Positions 19,897-20,000 of a DNA stretch of 20,000 bases are shown one piece after another (position 1 is the first letter of the stretch; each line of letters begins with the position of its first letter). Both the position numbers and the translations under genes were made by a program. Below the pieces are notes generated by a model. That model did no database searches, had not been told where the DNA came from, and saw only the letters and a list, made by a program, of their open reading frames with translations. Where the stretch lies: contig NC_057719.1 of the NCBI RefSeq assembly GCF_004010195.1, positions 58,654,737 to 58,674,736 of the forward strand, read 5' to 3'. The DNA comes from Chiloscyllium plagiosum. Taxonomy: Eukaryota.

Positions 19897-20000
19897 TAGG
19901 GTGTAGGTTTGCTCGCTGAGCTGTAGGTTTGATATCCAGACGTTTCATTACCTGGCTAGGTAACATCATCAGTGGCGACCTCCAAGTGAAGCGAAGCTGT
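19864..20000 (-). mobile_element. Terminus (pseudo-LTR) of a Penelope-like element running out of the window (family C)
   Basis: Abrupt junction with the CR1 at EYCVQ. The minus strand reads ...GGAGGTCGCCACTGATGATGTTACCTAGCCAGGTAATGAAACGTCTGG...CTCAGCGAGCAAACCTAC...CTCAACCTGAGCTACAAACCTTCACAAACC, recognised as a PLE-type end carrying a hammerhead motif. Confidence 0.7.
19936..19975 (-). ncRNA. Putative minimal hammerhead ribozyme
   Basis: CCA-CTGATGA-T-GTTACCT-AGCC-AGGTAAT-GAAAC-GTC-TGG. Stem I is CCA/TGG, stem II is 7 bp (one G-U), the core is intact, stem III is the palindrome ACGT and the cleavage triplet is GUC. Confidence 0.7.

Noticed and set aside
1..20000. Prokaryotic-type systems (CRISPR array, operons, retrons, defence islands)
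   Set aside because: No regularly spaced repeats and no gene-dense coding structure. All RT-like sequence belongs to vertebrate non-LTR retrotransposons.

Overview
Eukaryotic, repeat-dense, apparently intergenic or intronic DNA. It is almost certainly from a cartilaginous fish (shark), judged from HE1/V-SINE-like and SacSINE1/Deu-like SINEs plus shark-type CR1 elements. These family assignments are recognised from memory of the consensus sequences, not from a database search. I can support no intact host gene: the ORF track is mostly retrotransposon debris or chance ORFs. The window holds a decayed Tx1-clade LINE (1-2350), a nested CR1/CR1/SINE stack (2860-4760), an RTE 3' fragment, a full-length but broken ~5.5 kb L1 on the minus strand (9870-15405), several CR1/L2-group fragments and a 155-bp tandem duplication at the right end. 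The most interesting signal is a set of short elements from at least three sequence families that carry a minimal hammerhead-ribozyme core (CTGATGA-N-stem II-GAAA, palindromic stem III, NUH, short stem I) with covarying stems. Two of them are ~250-bp non-coding palindromes with 12-14 bp target-site duplications, consistent with non-autonomous Penelope-like (PLE) ribozyme-bearing retroelements.
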